Assembly: GCA_963779415.1 (NCBI GenBank)
Contig: CAVZYA010000001.1
Location: 2,080,001 to 2,144,000, forward strand
Origin: an uncultured Acidobacteriota bacterium
GTDB lineage: Bacteria; Acidobacteriota; Thermoanaerobaculia; UBA5066
Direction of reading: 5' to 3'
DNA: 64,000 bases
Below the pieces are notes generated by a model. The model saw only the letters and a list, made by a program, of their open reading frames with translations, was not told where the DNA came from and searched no databases. Positions within the stretch are counted from its first letter, which is position 1. Every line of letters begins with the position of its first letter. Position numbers and translations under genes: made by a program. Shown here piece by piece: positions 29,088 through 38,387 of this stretch.

Positions 29088-29855
29088 TCAGGCGGACCCA
29101 CCCCCCGATCCGCAGACGGCGCAGGCGGGGGCCTTCGCGATCCGGATCGTCCGGAACGACATCGCAAGGGCATCCACCACGACGAGCCGTCCGATGAGAG
29201 GAACGCCGATTCCGAGGACGAGCTTCAGCGCCTCGGCCGCCTGGATCGCCCCGAGCGTTCCGGGAAGGACGCCGAGGAGCCCCGTCTCCGCGCCGGCCGG
29301 CACGAGGCCCGGCGGCGGCGGCTCGGGGAAGGCGCAGCGGTAGCAGGGCCCTTTCGCCGCGAAGAAGACCGAGGCCTGCCCCTCGAAGCGATGGATCGCG
29401 GCGTGGACCATCGGCTTCCCCAGCCGAACGCAGGCCTCGTTGAGGACGTATCGCGACGGGAAGTCGTCGGTGGCCCCGGCGATGACGTCGTAGTCCGGGA
29501 AGATTTCGAGCGCGTCCGCGAGCGCCAGCCGCGCCGCGTGCGTCACGATCCTCACGTTCGGGTTCAGATCGCCGAGTCGCTCCGCGGCCGCTTCCAGCTT
29601 CGGCCGGCCGAGGTCCTTCGTTCCATAGAGGATCTGCCGTTGCAGGTTCGACTCGTCGAGAACGTCGAAGTCGACGAGGCCGAGCGTCCCGACGCCGGCC
29701 GCCGCGAGATAGAGGGAAAACGGCGAGCCGAGCCCTCCCGCCCCGACGCAGAGGACGCGCGCCCCCTTGATCCGCTCCTGGCCGGCTTCTCCGACCTCGT
29801 CGAGGACGAGGTGTCTCGCGTAACGGCGTCTCTCGCGGTCCGAGAGCCCCCCCAT
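29088..29855 (-). CDS. moeB: MoeB/ThiF-family adenylyltransferase (no rhodanese domain)
   Basis: RYARHL, VGAGGLG, DFDVLDESNLQRQ, Zn sites CYRC and CAVC. Confidence 0.8.
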   Translation of the reverse strand: MGGLSDRERRRYARHLVLDEVGEAGQERIKGARVLCVGAGGLGSPFSLYLAAAGVGTLGLVDFDVLDESNLQRQILYGTKDLGRPKLEAAAERLGDLNPNVRIVTHAARLALADALEIFPDYDVIAGATDDFPSRYVLNEACVRLGKPMVHAAIHRFEGQASVFFAAKGPCYRCAFPEPPPPGLVPAGAETGLLGVLPGTLGAIQAAEALKLVLGIGVPLIGRLVVVDALAMSFRTIRIAKAPACAVCGSGGGSA

Positions 29856-29864
29856 ACCCGCGGC

Positions 29865-31310
29865 TTAAGGGCGCGGCCCGCGCCCCGCCGCGCCCGGAGG
29901 ACTCTCGATTCGCCGCTCCACCCGGAGCCGCCCGTCGCCCGCGGGCGCGAGGATCAGGAGCGCTCCGGGATACCCCGCCGAGAGGATCTGCCCCTCCGGC
30001 ATCCAGGCCTTCACCTCGGCGGAGAGGAGGTCGGGCGAAAGGAGAATCGTCCCCGCCTCGTCGGCGAGCTTCCGGCTGCGGAAGGAGGCAAGCACCTTCT
30101 GCCACCCCTCCTCGCCCCCCGGCGGGGCCGGGACGAGGAGCTTGCCCGTCAGGTTCTCCTCTACCTTCCCCCGGAAGTCCGTGAGATCGCCGAGGTCGGC
30201 GACCCCCGGGCGGACGCGCGGCCCGAGGCCGCTGAAGGGGATCGGGTGCGTTAATGCGACGTCGGCGAGGTACGGGGGAAGGCCGCTCCCGTTGGCGACC
30301 CTCCCGCCGCGGAGGACGACGTCGAAGAGACCTTCCCGCCGGAGGAGCGGGATCGCGTCGTATCCCTTTGGGTCGATGGAGGCGAGCGAACCGTCGCCGA
30401 GCGCCTGAAGAGCTCCCAGCAGGCCGACGAAGTTGAGGCGGACGAGCGTTCCTGCTTCGTCGGGGCCGTTCCATCCCCCGGTCTCGATCAGGAGCGTCGA
30501 CGTCCCCCAGCGCGTCATCGAGTCTCCGAACGCGCGGGCCGTATAGTCCATGTCGTAGCGGGCGATCTTTCCGGAGGCCCACGGAGCGAGGAACTCCCGG
30601 AGCGAGACTGCGAGGCGCTTCGTCGTCCGCCTCCCATCGTTTTCGCTCGACGCCTCGTCGAACGGAACGGACATCACGGCCAGCGCGGCCTGCCCGCCCC
30701 CCTTCCCCGCGACCGTCAGCGGCGACTGGTTGTGGAGGTTGAAGCCGACCGTCGGCTGGAACCGGTCGCGGACGCTCTTCAAAAAGCGCCCCTCCGGCGT
30801 CTGGAGGCGGAGGGCGTCGCGGTTGATGTCGATTCCCTGGATGTTCCGCCGCGTCGTCCTCTCTGCCCCGTCGGGATTCAGCATCGGGAGGAGATAGATC
30901 GTCAGCCGCGAGAAGAGACGCGACACGGCAGCGCTCTCCCGGTTCCGGCCGAGATAGGCGAGGATGTCGAGCAGGGCGCTCGTGGCCGTCGGCTCGTCGC
31001 CGTGCATCTGGGACCAGAGGAAGACGCCGGTGGGCCCGCTGCCGAGCTTCAGGACGCTGAGGGAGCGCCCCTCACCCGAGCGCCCTTCGTCCGCGACCGA
31101 AAAGAGCCCCGGAAAATCCCGCGCGAGCGTCTCGATCACGACGCGGAGCTGCGCGTGCTTGAGCGCGTAAGGGTCGGCCGGAGAGACGCGGATCGAGGGC
31201 CATGCGTCCCACAGCTCCCGCGCCGTGAACGCCTCGGGCGACGCGGCCCGCACGGCAGGTATGAGGAAAAGGAGCGCGAGGCAGAAGGAACGGAGGGCCG
31301 GTTTCGTCAT
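29865..31310 (-). CDS. M14-family zinc carboxypeptidase, secreted
   Basis: SQMHGDE, PMLNPDGAE, DINRD, FNLHNQ, LIETG; signal peptide. Confidence 0.88.
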   Translation of the reverse strand: MTKPALRSFCLALLFLIPAVRAASPEAFTARELWDAWPSIRVSPADPYALKHAQLRVVIETLARDFPGLFSVADEGRSGEGRSLSVLKLGSGPTGVFLWSQMHGDEPTATSALLDILAYLGRNRESAAVSRLFSRLTIYLLPMLNPDGAERTTRRNIQGIDINRDALRLQTPEGRFLKSVRDRFQPTVGFNLHNQSPLTVAGKGGGQAALAVMSVPFDEASSENDGRRTTKRLAVSLREFLAPWASGKIARYDMDYTARAFGDSMTRWGTSTLLIETGGWNGPDEAGTLVRLNFVGLLGALQALGDGSLASIDPKGYDAIPLLRREGLFDVVLRGGRVANGSGLPPYLADVALTHPIPFSGLGPRVRPGVADLGDLTDFRGKVEENLTGKLLVPAPPGGEEGWQKVLASFRSRKLADEAGTILLSPDLLSAEVKAWMPEGQILSAGYPGALLILAPAGDGRLRVERRIESPPGAAGRGPRP

Positions 31311-31378
31311 CGGCTGGACAGTCTACAAGGGTCGCCCCTCCGCCCTGCACCTCCGGGTGATAATGACGCGTCACGCTC

Positions 31379-34021
31379 ATGTCCCTCTCGCCCGGGTCCC
31401 GCATCGGCCCTTACGAGGTCCTCTCGCCCCTCGGCGCGGGCGGGATGGGAGAAGTCTGGCGCGCCCGGGACACCCGCCTCGGCCGCGAGGTCGCCCTCAA
31501 GGTCCTCCCCGCGGCTCTCTCGGAAGACCGTGAGCGGATCGTCCGCTTCCAGCGCGAGGCCCAGCTTCTCGCCGCGTTCAACCACCAGAACATCGCCGCG
31601 ATCTACAGCTTCGAGAACGTCGACTCCGTCCAGCTCCTCGTCATGGAGATGGTGCCGGGCGAGACCGTCAAGCAGCTTCTCGAGGCGGGGTCCCTCTCCA
31701 TCTCACGCGCTCTGGCGATCGCGCGGCAGACCGCCGAAGCCCTCGACGCGGCCCACGGCAAGGGGATCCTCCACCGCGACCTCAAGCCCGCAAACGTGAA
31801 GGTCACGCCCGACGGGAAGGTGAAGCTCCTCGACTTCGGTCTCGCGAAGGCTTTCGGTCCCGGGCCCAACATTTCCGACATCTCCGAGTCCCCCACACTC
31901 GATACCGGCGCCTCGCGTCAGGGGATGGTGCTCGGCACGGCCCCCTACATGAGCCCCGAGCAGGTGCGGGGCCGGACGCTGGACTGGCGGAGCGACGTCT
32001 GGTCGTTCGGCTGCCTTCTTTTCGAGATGCTCTCCGGGAAGCGCGCGTTCGGCGGCTCCTCCCCGCCCGACATACTCGTCGCGATCCTCGAGCGGGAGCC
32101 CGACTGGACCGTCCTGCCGGTGGAGACGCCGCCCCGGATCCTCGCCCTCCTCGAAGAGTGCCTCACGAAAAACCCCGACAGGCGCGCCCCCGACATGGCG
32201 CACGTGAGACAGCAGCTGGACGCCGCGCTCGAGGGGAAGAGCCTCTACGTTCCACGAAGCTCGACGGCCGTCTCGGCGCGGATCCGGCGCGCGCCCCGCG
32301 TCTGGGCGACCGCGGGCGCCCTCCTGGCCGTCGCGTTCGCCGTCCTTCTCTACGTCTCGCTTCGGGGAAAGGACACGACCGCGCTCCCGGCGTCAAAGCT
32401 CCTCGCCATCCTCCCGGCCACCGACCTCACCGGCCGCCCGGACGGGCGACAGCTCTGTGACGGCGTGTCGTTCAGCCTCGGCGTGAAGCTCCAGAGCGTT
32501 CCGGGCATCGCCATCATGCGTCCCTCCGCCCCGGACATGCTCAAGGAGAGTGACCCGTCGAAGTGGGCGCGCGACACGGGCGCGAACCTCCTCGTCCAGC
32601 CCGCCGTCCGGCAGATGGGCGACCAGCGGCAGCTCTCGTTCTCCGTCTTCCTCGCCGGCTCGCCCGTCCAGATCGCGGCCGGCGAAGCGACCGGCCCGGC
32701 CGCCGAGCATTTCCGGCTGGAGGACGAGCTGACCCAGAAGCTCGTCGCGGCGCTGCAGATCCATCTCGCGAGCGGCGCCCCCGTTTCCACGCCCACCTCC
32801 GCCGCCCTCGCCCCCGGCGCCGCCCAGACCGACTACGTCGTGGCGCTCGGGTATCTCGAGCGGTACGACGACAAGGACTCCATCGACAAGGCGATCGATC
32901 TCCTGAAGAGGATTCCGGGCGCTGAAAGCTCTGCCCTGATCCAGGCCGCGCTCGGCCGCGCGTACCTCGCGTCCTACGATCTTTCGAAGGACGTTTCCCG
33001 CGCCGACCTCGCGAAGACCGCCGCGAACCGAGCCATCGCGCTCGACCCGAACCTCCCGGAGGCGCAGGTCACCCTCGGCCAGATCCTCACGGCGACGGGA
33101 AGGCCAGGGGAGGCGGCGGCCGAGATTCGAAAGGCACTGAACCGCGAGCCCGACTCCATACCCGCGCTTCTCGCACTCGCCACGGCTCTTCAGAACGAGA
33201 CGGACTTCGCCGCCGCGGAGCAGACGATTCTCCGGGTCGTCGAACTCCGGCCCACCTCGTGGGCGGCATACAACCGGCTCGGGGCGATCTACTTCCTGAG
33301 CAGCCAATACGAGAAGGCCGCCCGGGCCTTGCGCAAGGCCATCGCGCTGAACCCCGACGTGGCACGTGTCCACTTCAACCTCGGAGCCGCGCTCATCCGC
33401 CTCGGGCGTTTCGATGAGGCGAGGGAAGCTCTCGAGCGGTCGATCCAGGTCCGTTCGACGCCCTACGCCCATTCGAATCTCGGCGTCACCCTCTACCTCC
33501 TCGGCCGTTTTTCCGAGGCCGCCGCCTCTTTTCAGCGCGCCGTCGACCTCGCGCCGAAAAACTATCGCTGGCATATCTATCTCGGCGACGCGCTCTCGCA
33601 GATCCCGGAGCAGGCCGGACGCGCGCGCGCCGCGTACGAGGCGGCGCTCCCGCTCGTGAGGGCGGAGCTTTCGGTGAATCCGGCCGACGCCCTGAGCGTC
33701 GTCCTTCTCGGCCGCTGTCTCGCCCGGACGGGAGCGCCCGGTCGGGCCTGGTCGGAGATCCGGCGCGGCGTGGCCCTCGCCCCGGAGGACCAGGATGTCC
33801 TCGAGACGGCTGCCGCGGCCGCGATGGTCCTCGGGAAGAAGGCGGAGGCTCTCGCGTGGCTCCAGAAGGCCGTCGCGCGTGGTTACGGCCTCGTCGAGAT
33901 CCAGCACGATCCCGATTTCGCCGCTCTCCGCGTCGAGCCCGGGTTCGCGAAGCTCACGAGTACCGCTCCCGCCGCACCCGCCGATACGATCTCAATCCAA
34001 GGCAAAGGAGTGAAACGATGA
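31379..34021 (+). CDS. Hanks-type Ser/Thr protein kinase with TM helix and extracytoplasmic TPR repeats
   Basis: LGAGGMGEV, VALK, HRDLKPAN, DFGLAK, GTAPYMSPEQ, then a TM segment and multiple TPRs. Confidence 0.95.
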   Translation: MSLSPGSRIGPYEVLSPLGAGGMGEVWRARDTRLGREVALKVLPAALSEDRERIVRFQREAQLLAAFNHQNIAAIYSFENVDSVQLLVMEMVPGETVKQLLEAGSLSISRALAIARQTAEALDAAHGKGILHRDLKPANVKVTPDGKVKLLDFGLAKAFGPGPNISDISESPTLDTGASRQGMVLGTAPYMSPEQVRGRTLDWRSDVWSFGCLLFEMLSGKRAFGGSSPPDILVAILEREPDWTVLPVETPPRILALLEECLTKNPDRRAPDMAHVRQQLDAALEGKSLYVPRSSTAVSARIRRAPRVWATAGALLAVAFAVLLYVSLRGKDTTALPASKLLAILPATDLTGRPDGRQLCDGVSFSLGVKLQSVPGIAIMRPSAPDMLKESDPSKWARDTGANLLVQPAVRQMGDQRQLSFSVFLAGSPVQIAAGEATGPAAEHFRLEDELTQKLVAALQIHLASGAPVSTPTSAALAPGAAQTDYVVALGYLERYDDKDSIDKAIDLLKRIPGAESSALIQAALGRAYLASYDLSKDVSRADLAKTAANRAIALDPNLPEAQVTLGQILTATGRPGEAAAEIRKALNREPDSIPALLALATALQNETDFAAAEQTILRVVELRPTSWAAYNRLGAIYFLSSQYEKAARALRKAIALNPDVARVHFNLGAALIRLGRFDEAREALERSIQVRSTPYAHSNLGVTLYLLGRFSEAAASFQRAVDLAPKNYRWHIYLGDALSQIPEQAGRARAAYEAALPLVRAELSVNPADALSVVLLGRCLARTGAPGRAWSEIRRGVALAPEDQDVLETAAAAAMVLGKKAEALAWLQKAVARGYGLVEIQHDPDFAALRVEPGFAKLTSTAPAAPADTISIQGKGVKR

Positions 34022-34497
34022 GAATCAACGCCCGCTCCCTCCCCCTCCTCGCCGCCGCTCTCCTTCTCGTTGCCGCCGTCGCGGGCGTGCCGGGATGCAG
34101 CACGTCGTCTTCCGACTCGCGCCTCACCCCTAAGGAGGTCAAGGCGTTCGTCACGTACGACGGAACGAAGACCGAGCTCACGCATTTTCCTGGCCACAAG
34201 GACAGGAAACTGGCCAGCCTCAGCGAGAAGGGAAAGGACACGATCTTCTGGTGCTCGCCCGATGGCGACGTCAAGTTCGTCTCCTGGATCCGGAAGAGTC
34301 CATTCGACGGCAGCCCGCGGATTGAGGACGGGTGCCTCGTGTGGGGTCCCCCGAAGCCGGGCTCCAGTACGGTTACAAACGAAGGGAAATGCCCGCAAAA
34401 GGAAGACGCAGGGGAATGCTACGAATACAAGATTGAGCTCTTGCTCAAGGACGGGAAAAAGGTATCCATCGACCCGCGTATCGAGATCCTGCCGTAG
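34018..34497 (+). CDS. Hypothetical lipoprotein/secreted protein coupled to the kinase
   Basis: ATGA overlap and RBS AAAGGAG. Signal peptide ending VPGC; four further Cys; C-terminal SIDPRIEILP. Confidence 0.7.
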   Translation: MRINARSLPLLAAALLLVAAVAGVPGCSTSSSDSRLTPKEVKAFVTYDGTKTELTHFPGHKDRKLASLSEKGKDTIFWCSPDGDVKFVSWIRKSPFDGSPRIEDGCLVWGPPKPGSSTVTNEGKCPQKEDAGECYEYKIELLLKDGKKVSIDPRIEILP

Positions 34498-34540
34498 CCT
34501 CTTCCAGTTGCCGTCTGTTCGCCCGGTTTCGCCTGCCGCG

Positions 34541-36799
34541 TCAATCTCCGTTCGAATTCGCGGGAGGAGCGGGGGATGAGGCGGAAGCAGAGGAGATGCG
34601 GATGACGGCGGCGCCGTCGGGCGCCGGAATATCGATCTCGACCCCGACGCCTGCGAGCGCGGAGCCCGAGTTCGCCTGCTCGAGCTGTCTCCCGGCGAGA
34701 GTGCCGCTTCCGAGCGTCGTGTCGCACGAGAGGTCGACGCTCGGGGCGGCGCCGAGCGCGGACGGGTAGAAGGTGAGCGCCCCGAAGTCGCTCTCGCCAC
34801 GGAAGGCGAGGAGGATCCCTTTTCCGTGGCTCGGGCTCCAGCACATCAGGCCGTCCCATCCGTTCCACGCCGGGTCGGCCGAGAGGTGGGAGAGCGTGGC
34901 GTCGCGCAGGATCGGCCGCAGTTCCTTGTAGAGCGCCGCCGCGCTCTCGGCCGCCGCCGTCGTCGCGGCATCCCACGTCGTCGGTTGCCCCATGAACATG
35001 AGCGGCCCGCCGGCGAGGCCGCTCGCGAAGCGGTAGTCGGGAGGGGTTCCGTCGTCGCCGACGTACTTCCCGGCGTAGCGGGGCGGGAGAACGTACGTCG
35101 TGCCGAAGACTCCCCGTCTCCCGCTGAAGGCGCTGTTGTAATCAGAGGTGTTCGAGGTGTCGTGGCGGCGCACCATCCCGAAGTCGAGCATGTTTCCGCC
35201 GTTCCAGCAGTTCTCGATCACGAGGCCCGGGTGCCGCCGCCGCACCTCGTCGAGGATCGCGTAATACCCGGCCGTCGTCGCCCACTCTCCGTCGCCGCTC
35301 TGGTGCCCGTGCGCCGGGTTCGTGCACGGGGCGATGACGCCGAAGTCGTGGACCAGCCAGTCGACGCCGTACCCGTTCACGACGCGGTCGATCTCGGAGA
35401 CGACCCAGGCCTGGACGTCCGGATTCGCAAGGCAGAGCATGACGGTCCCGAAATCGCCCGGAATCGGCACGCCGTCCTCCGTGGCCACCCAGTCCGGATG
35501 CGCGAGGACGACGGCCGACGCGGGGTCGGCGACCCCGAAGGCCATCCAGAGGCCGAAGTGCATTCCGCGCGCGTGCGCGTGAGCGGAGAGAGACGCGATT
35601 CCGGCGTCGAAGGCCCCGCTCCGCGGAACCCAGTCGCCGATCCTCTGCATCCAGCCCGCATCGAGGGTGAACGTCTCGGCTCCGAGATCCGCCGCGCGGT
35701 CGATGAGGTCGTTCACGAGGCTCTGGTCGATCCCGCTCCCGTAACCCCACGTGTCGAAGCCGACCCACGGGAAGTTCGGATCGGGAAGCGGCGGCGCAAA
35801 GTGCCGATCCACCAGTCGGCGCGTCGCCTGTGAGGCGTCGTCCCAGCCTCCCGAGAAGAGTCCGACGAAGCCGGCAGGAGCCGTGAAGGTCTCGCCGGGG
35901 GCGAGGAGATGAAGGAAATGACCCTCCGCGAAACCGGCCCCGAGCGTGACGATCCCCGGTGATCTCCGAACTCCGACGATCGAGATGGTCCCCGTCCCGC
36001 TCCACTCCCATCCCCCGAAGAGGCCGCCGCCGTCTCTCGCGTCCCGCATCGCGAACCACGCCGCGCCATCGCCGAAGGGACCGGTCGTAAAGACGGTCTT
36101 GTCACCGGACTGGAGCGTGTCGTCCCCCGTCCTCGCGGCGCCATCGCCGAAGGGACCAGTCTTAAAGACGGACCTGTCGCCGGGCTGGAGCGTGTCGTCC
36201 TCCGTCCAGAACGCGATATCGGGATGGCTCCAGGTGAAGTTGTGGACCCAGAACGTCTCCGGATCGCTGCCGTCTCCCTGCACCCGAAGGCGGAAGGCGT
36301 CGGCGCCCGTCAACGTGACGGGGACGTCCCCGGCATTCGTGACGTCGAGCCAGGTCCGGACCACGGGCGCGTCGGGATAGCACTGATAGTGGAGCGTCAC
36401 GGCCAGGCCGTCCGCGGCCGAAAGAAGGCCGATGGCCAGCTCCGCGGTTCCGTCCGCGGCGACCGTCCGGGATTCGGAAAGGAGCTGCCATACGGCAAGG
36501 CCGCTTCGATCGGTCTCACCGGTGGTTTCCGTGTCTGAGACGAACGAGATCCGGAACTCACCGGATCGTCCGCCCGACGGCGCCCAGTCCCGTCCCGAGG
36601 TCTTGTCGATGAAATGTGCCGTGAAAAAGCGCCCGTCGCCGTCCAGCGACAGGGTCCTCTCCAGCCGCGCGTTTCCGATTCGCCAGGTCGAGGAGCCCGG
36701 GTCGAAGGAGACATACGCGGGAGGCGCGCCGGGCGCCGCACGCGCTCCCAGGAGAATTACGGCAGCGACCCCCCACGAACGTGCCGAAAGGCGGCTCAT
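34541..36799 (-). CDS. Secreted alpha-galactosidase, glycoside hydrolase family 36
   Basis: GFDTWG, FTLDAGW...GDW, GMHFGLW, HPDW, VDWLVHDF, IENCWNGG, SD. Confidence 0.85.
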   Translation of the reverse strand: MSRLSARSWGVAAVILLGARAAPGAPPAYVSFDPGSSTWRIGNARLERTLSLDGDGRFFTAHFIDKTSGRDWAPSGGRSGEFRISFVSDTETTGETDRSGLAVWQLLSESRTVAADGTAELAIGLLSAADGLAVTLHYQCYPDAPVVRTWLDVTNAGDVPVTLTGADAFRLRVQGDGSDPETFWVHNFTWSHPDIAFWTEDDTLQPGDRSVFKTGPFGDGAARTGDDTLQSGDKTVFTTGPFGDGAAWFAMRDARDGGGLFGGWEWSGTGTISIVGVRRSPGIVTLGAGFAEGHFLHLLAPGETFTAPAGFVGLFSGGWDDASQATRRLVDRHFAPPLPDPNFPWVGFDTWGYGSGIDQSLVNDLIDRAADLGAETFTLDAGWMQRIGDWVPRSGAFDAGIASLSAHAHARGMHFGLWMAFGVADPASAVVLAHPDWVATEDGVPIPGDFGTVMLCLANPDVQAWVVSEIDRVVNGYGVDWLVHDFGVIAPCTNPAHGHQSGDGEWATTAGYYAILDEVRRRHPGLVIENCWNGGNMLDFGMVRRHDTSNTSDYNSAFSGRRGVFGTTYVLPPRYAGKYVGDDGTPPDYRFASGLAGGPLMFMGQPTTWDAATTAAAESAAALYKELRPILRDATLSHLSADPAWNGWDGLMCWSPSHGKGILLAFRGESDFGALTFYPSALGAAPSVDLSCDTTLGSGTLAGRQLEQANSGSALAGVGVEIDIPAPDGAAVIRISSASASSPAPPANSNGD
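36063..36207. repeat. 75-bp period imperfect tandem duplication inside the GH36 gene
   Basis: GCGCCATCGCCGAAGGGACC...TGGAGCGTGTCGTCC occurs at 36063 and 36138. Protein: DDTLQPGDRSVFKTGPFGDGAA / DDTLQSGDKTVFTTGPFGDGAA. Confidence 0.9.
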
Positions 36800-36865
36800 G
36801 ATCCCCCTTCGGAAAGAGACGCACGAGAGCCCCCCTCGGTTGACAGAAGCTTCAGGTGAGGCGGT

Positions 36866-38368
36866 TCACCCCTTCCGGTCCGGGAAGTCGGCTCCGCGGC
36901 CGACTTTCCGGACCGCTTCGCGAAAGAGGCGCCGCCCCTCCTCGTCGGAGATGTTCTCCTCGAGCCGGGATGCGAGATCGGCGACGGTCCCCCCCGCGCG
37001 CGCGGCCTTCTTCACGAGAACGCGGGCGAGAGGCCCGATTCGCCGCGCCAGCTCGTTTTCGAGGATCGCGAGATCCGCGTCCGAATGCGCCCCGCCGGCC
37101 GGAGCCGGCGTCGAGGCAGGAGAGACGGGGTTGATCGCAGGGGAAAGTGAGCGTCCCGGCGTCGCGTGCATCGGCTGAGGCCCGCTCGGGATCCTCTCCG
37201 GCCCCGATGGGCTTTTTGCGGGACCGGTGACCGGCTTTCCCGGAGAGGTGGAGCTCTTTCCGCACGCCATGCATTTCGCGCAGAACGCCTCCCGGTCGGA
37301 CCCCGGAGCGAGCTGACGCGACAGCTCGTCGCAGAGGACCTCGAGAGAAGGCGCTGCCTTCGCCGCCTTCTTGACGAAAAGGCGCGCCATCGGGCCGATC
37401 GACGAGGCAAGATTCTCCTCGATCTTCAGGAGGAGGAGAGAGTCGAAGACCGGCGGGGCCGGCGTCGTCAGGTCCGCCGTTTCTTCTGCCGTCATTTCGA
37501 AGGCGAAGCTGGCGGGCTCCTGGGGGCGCGGCGTCTGCCCCACGTGAAGCCGGAAGAGATCGACGTCGAGAACGGCGACGTCCGCGTACCGCTCCTCCCG
37601 GTTCTTCGCCATCATCTTCCGGAGGACGCTGCAGAACCCCTCGGAGAGGGCCGGTTCAAAGCGGCGAGGGTCGGGAAGCGGCTCGACGAGGTGCATCGAC
37701 ATGACGACGGCCCCGGAGGCGCCCTGGTAGGGCGTGTGGCCCGTCACGAGGTGATAGAGAGTGGCGCCGAGCGAATAGATGTCGGCTCTCGCGTCGATGT
37801 CCTTCTGCCCGCGGATCTGCTCCGGGGAGATGTAGTGCGGGGTCCCCATGGAGTGGCCGGTCTGCGTGAGCGACTGGTCCTCGTCGAGACGCTTCGCGAT
37901 CCCGAGGTCGACGAGCTTCACGTCGCCGCGGCTCGTCAGCATGATGTTGTCCGGCTTGATGTCGCGATGGACGAGCCCTTCCGCGTGCGCCAGAGCGAGC
38001 GCATGGCAGACCTGCCGGGCGATCCGGACCGCCTCCGTCTCGGAAAAGCGACCCGACTTCAGCCGCTGTCCGAGCGACGGCCCGTCCACGAACTCCATCG
38101 CGAGGTACCAGGTCCCGTCGATCGACCCGAAGTTGTAGATCTGGACGATGTTCGGGTGGTTCAGCCGGGCGACGGACCGCGCCTCGCGGAGGAGGCGCTG
38201 GACGAACGCGGGGTCCTTCGCATAGCCCGGCGCGAGAGTCTTGAGCGCGACGCTCCTCTCGAGCATGACGTCCTTCGCCCGGTAGACCTTTCCCATCCCT
38301 CCCGAGCCGAGCTCCTCGAGGATCTCGTATTCGCCGAAACGGGAGCCGGAAGGGAGCGTATCCGACAT
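36866..38368 (-). CDS. Soluble Ser/Thr protein kinase with duplicated C-terminal helical domain
   Basis: LGSGGMGKV, HRDIKPDN, DLGIAK, GTPHYISPEQ. Two IGP[ML]AR..VKKAA modules and no TM helix. Confidence 0.93.
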   Translation of the reverse strand: MSDTLPSGSRFGEYEILEELGSGGMGKVYRAKDVMLERSVALKTLAPGYAKDPAFVQRLLREARSVARLNHPNIVQIYNFGSIDGTWYLAMEFVDGPSLGQRLKSGRFSETEAVRIARQVCHALALAHAEGLVHRDIKPDNIMLTSRGDVKLVDLGIAKRLDEDQSLTQTGHSMGTPHYISPEQIRGQKDIDARADIYSLGATLYHLVTGHTPYQGASGAVVMSMHLVEPLPDPRRFEPALSEGFCSVLRKMMAKNREERYADVAVLDVDLFRLHVGQTPRPQEPASFAFEMTAEETADLTTPAPPVFDSLLLLKIEENLASSIGPMARLFVKKAAKAAPSLEVLCDELSRQLAPGSDREAFCAKCMACGKSSTSPGKPVTGPAKSPSGPERIPSGPQPMHATPGRSLSPAINPVSPASTPAPAGGAHSDADLAILENELARRIGPLARVLVKKAARAGGTVADLASRLEENISDEEGRRLFREAVRKVGRGADFPDRKG

Positions 38369-38387
38369 GGTCCGTCGCCCGGGGGCG

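Noticed and set aside
36063-36207. CRISPR-like repeat
   Set aside because: Only two copies, in frame within a CDS, with no cas genes.
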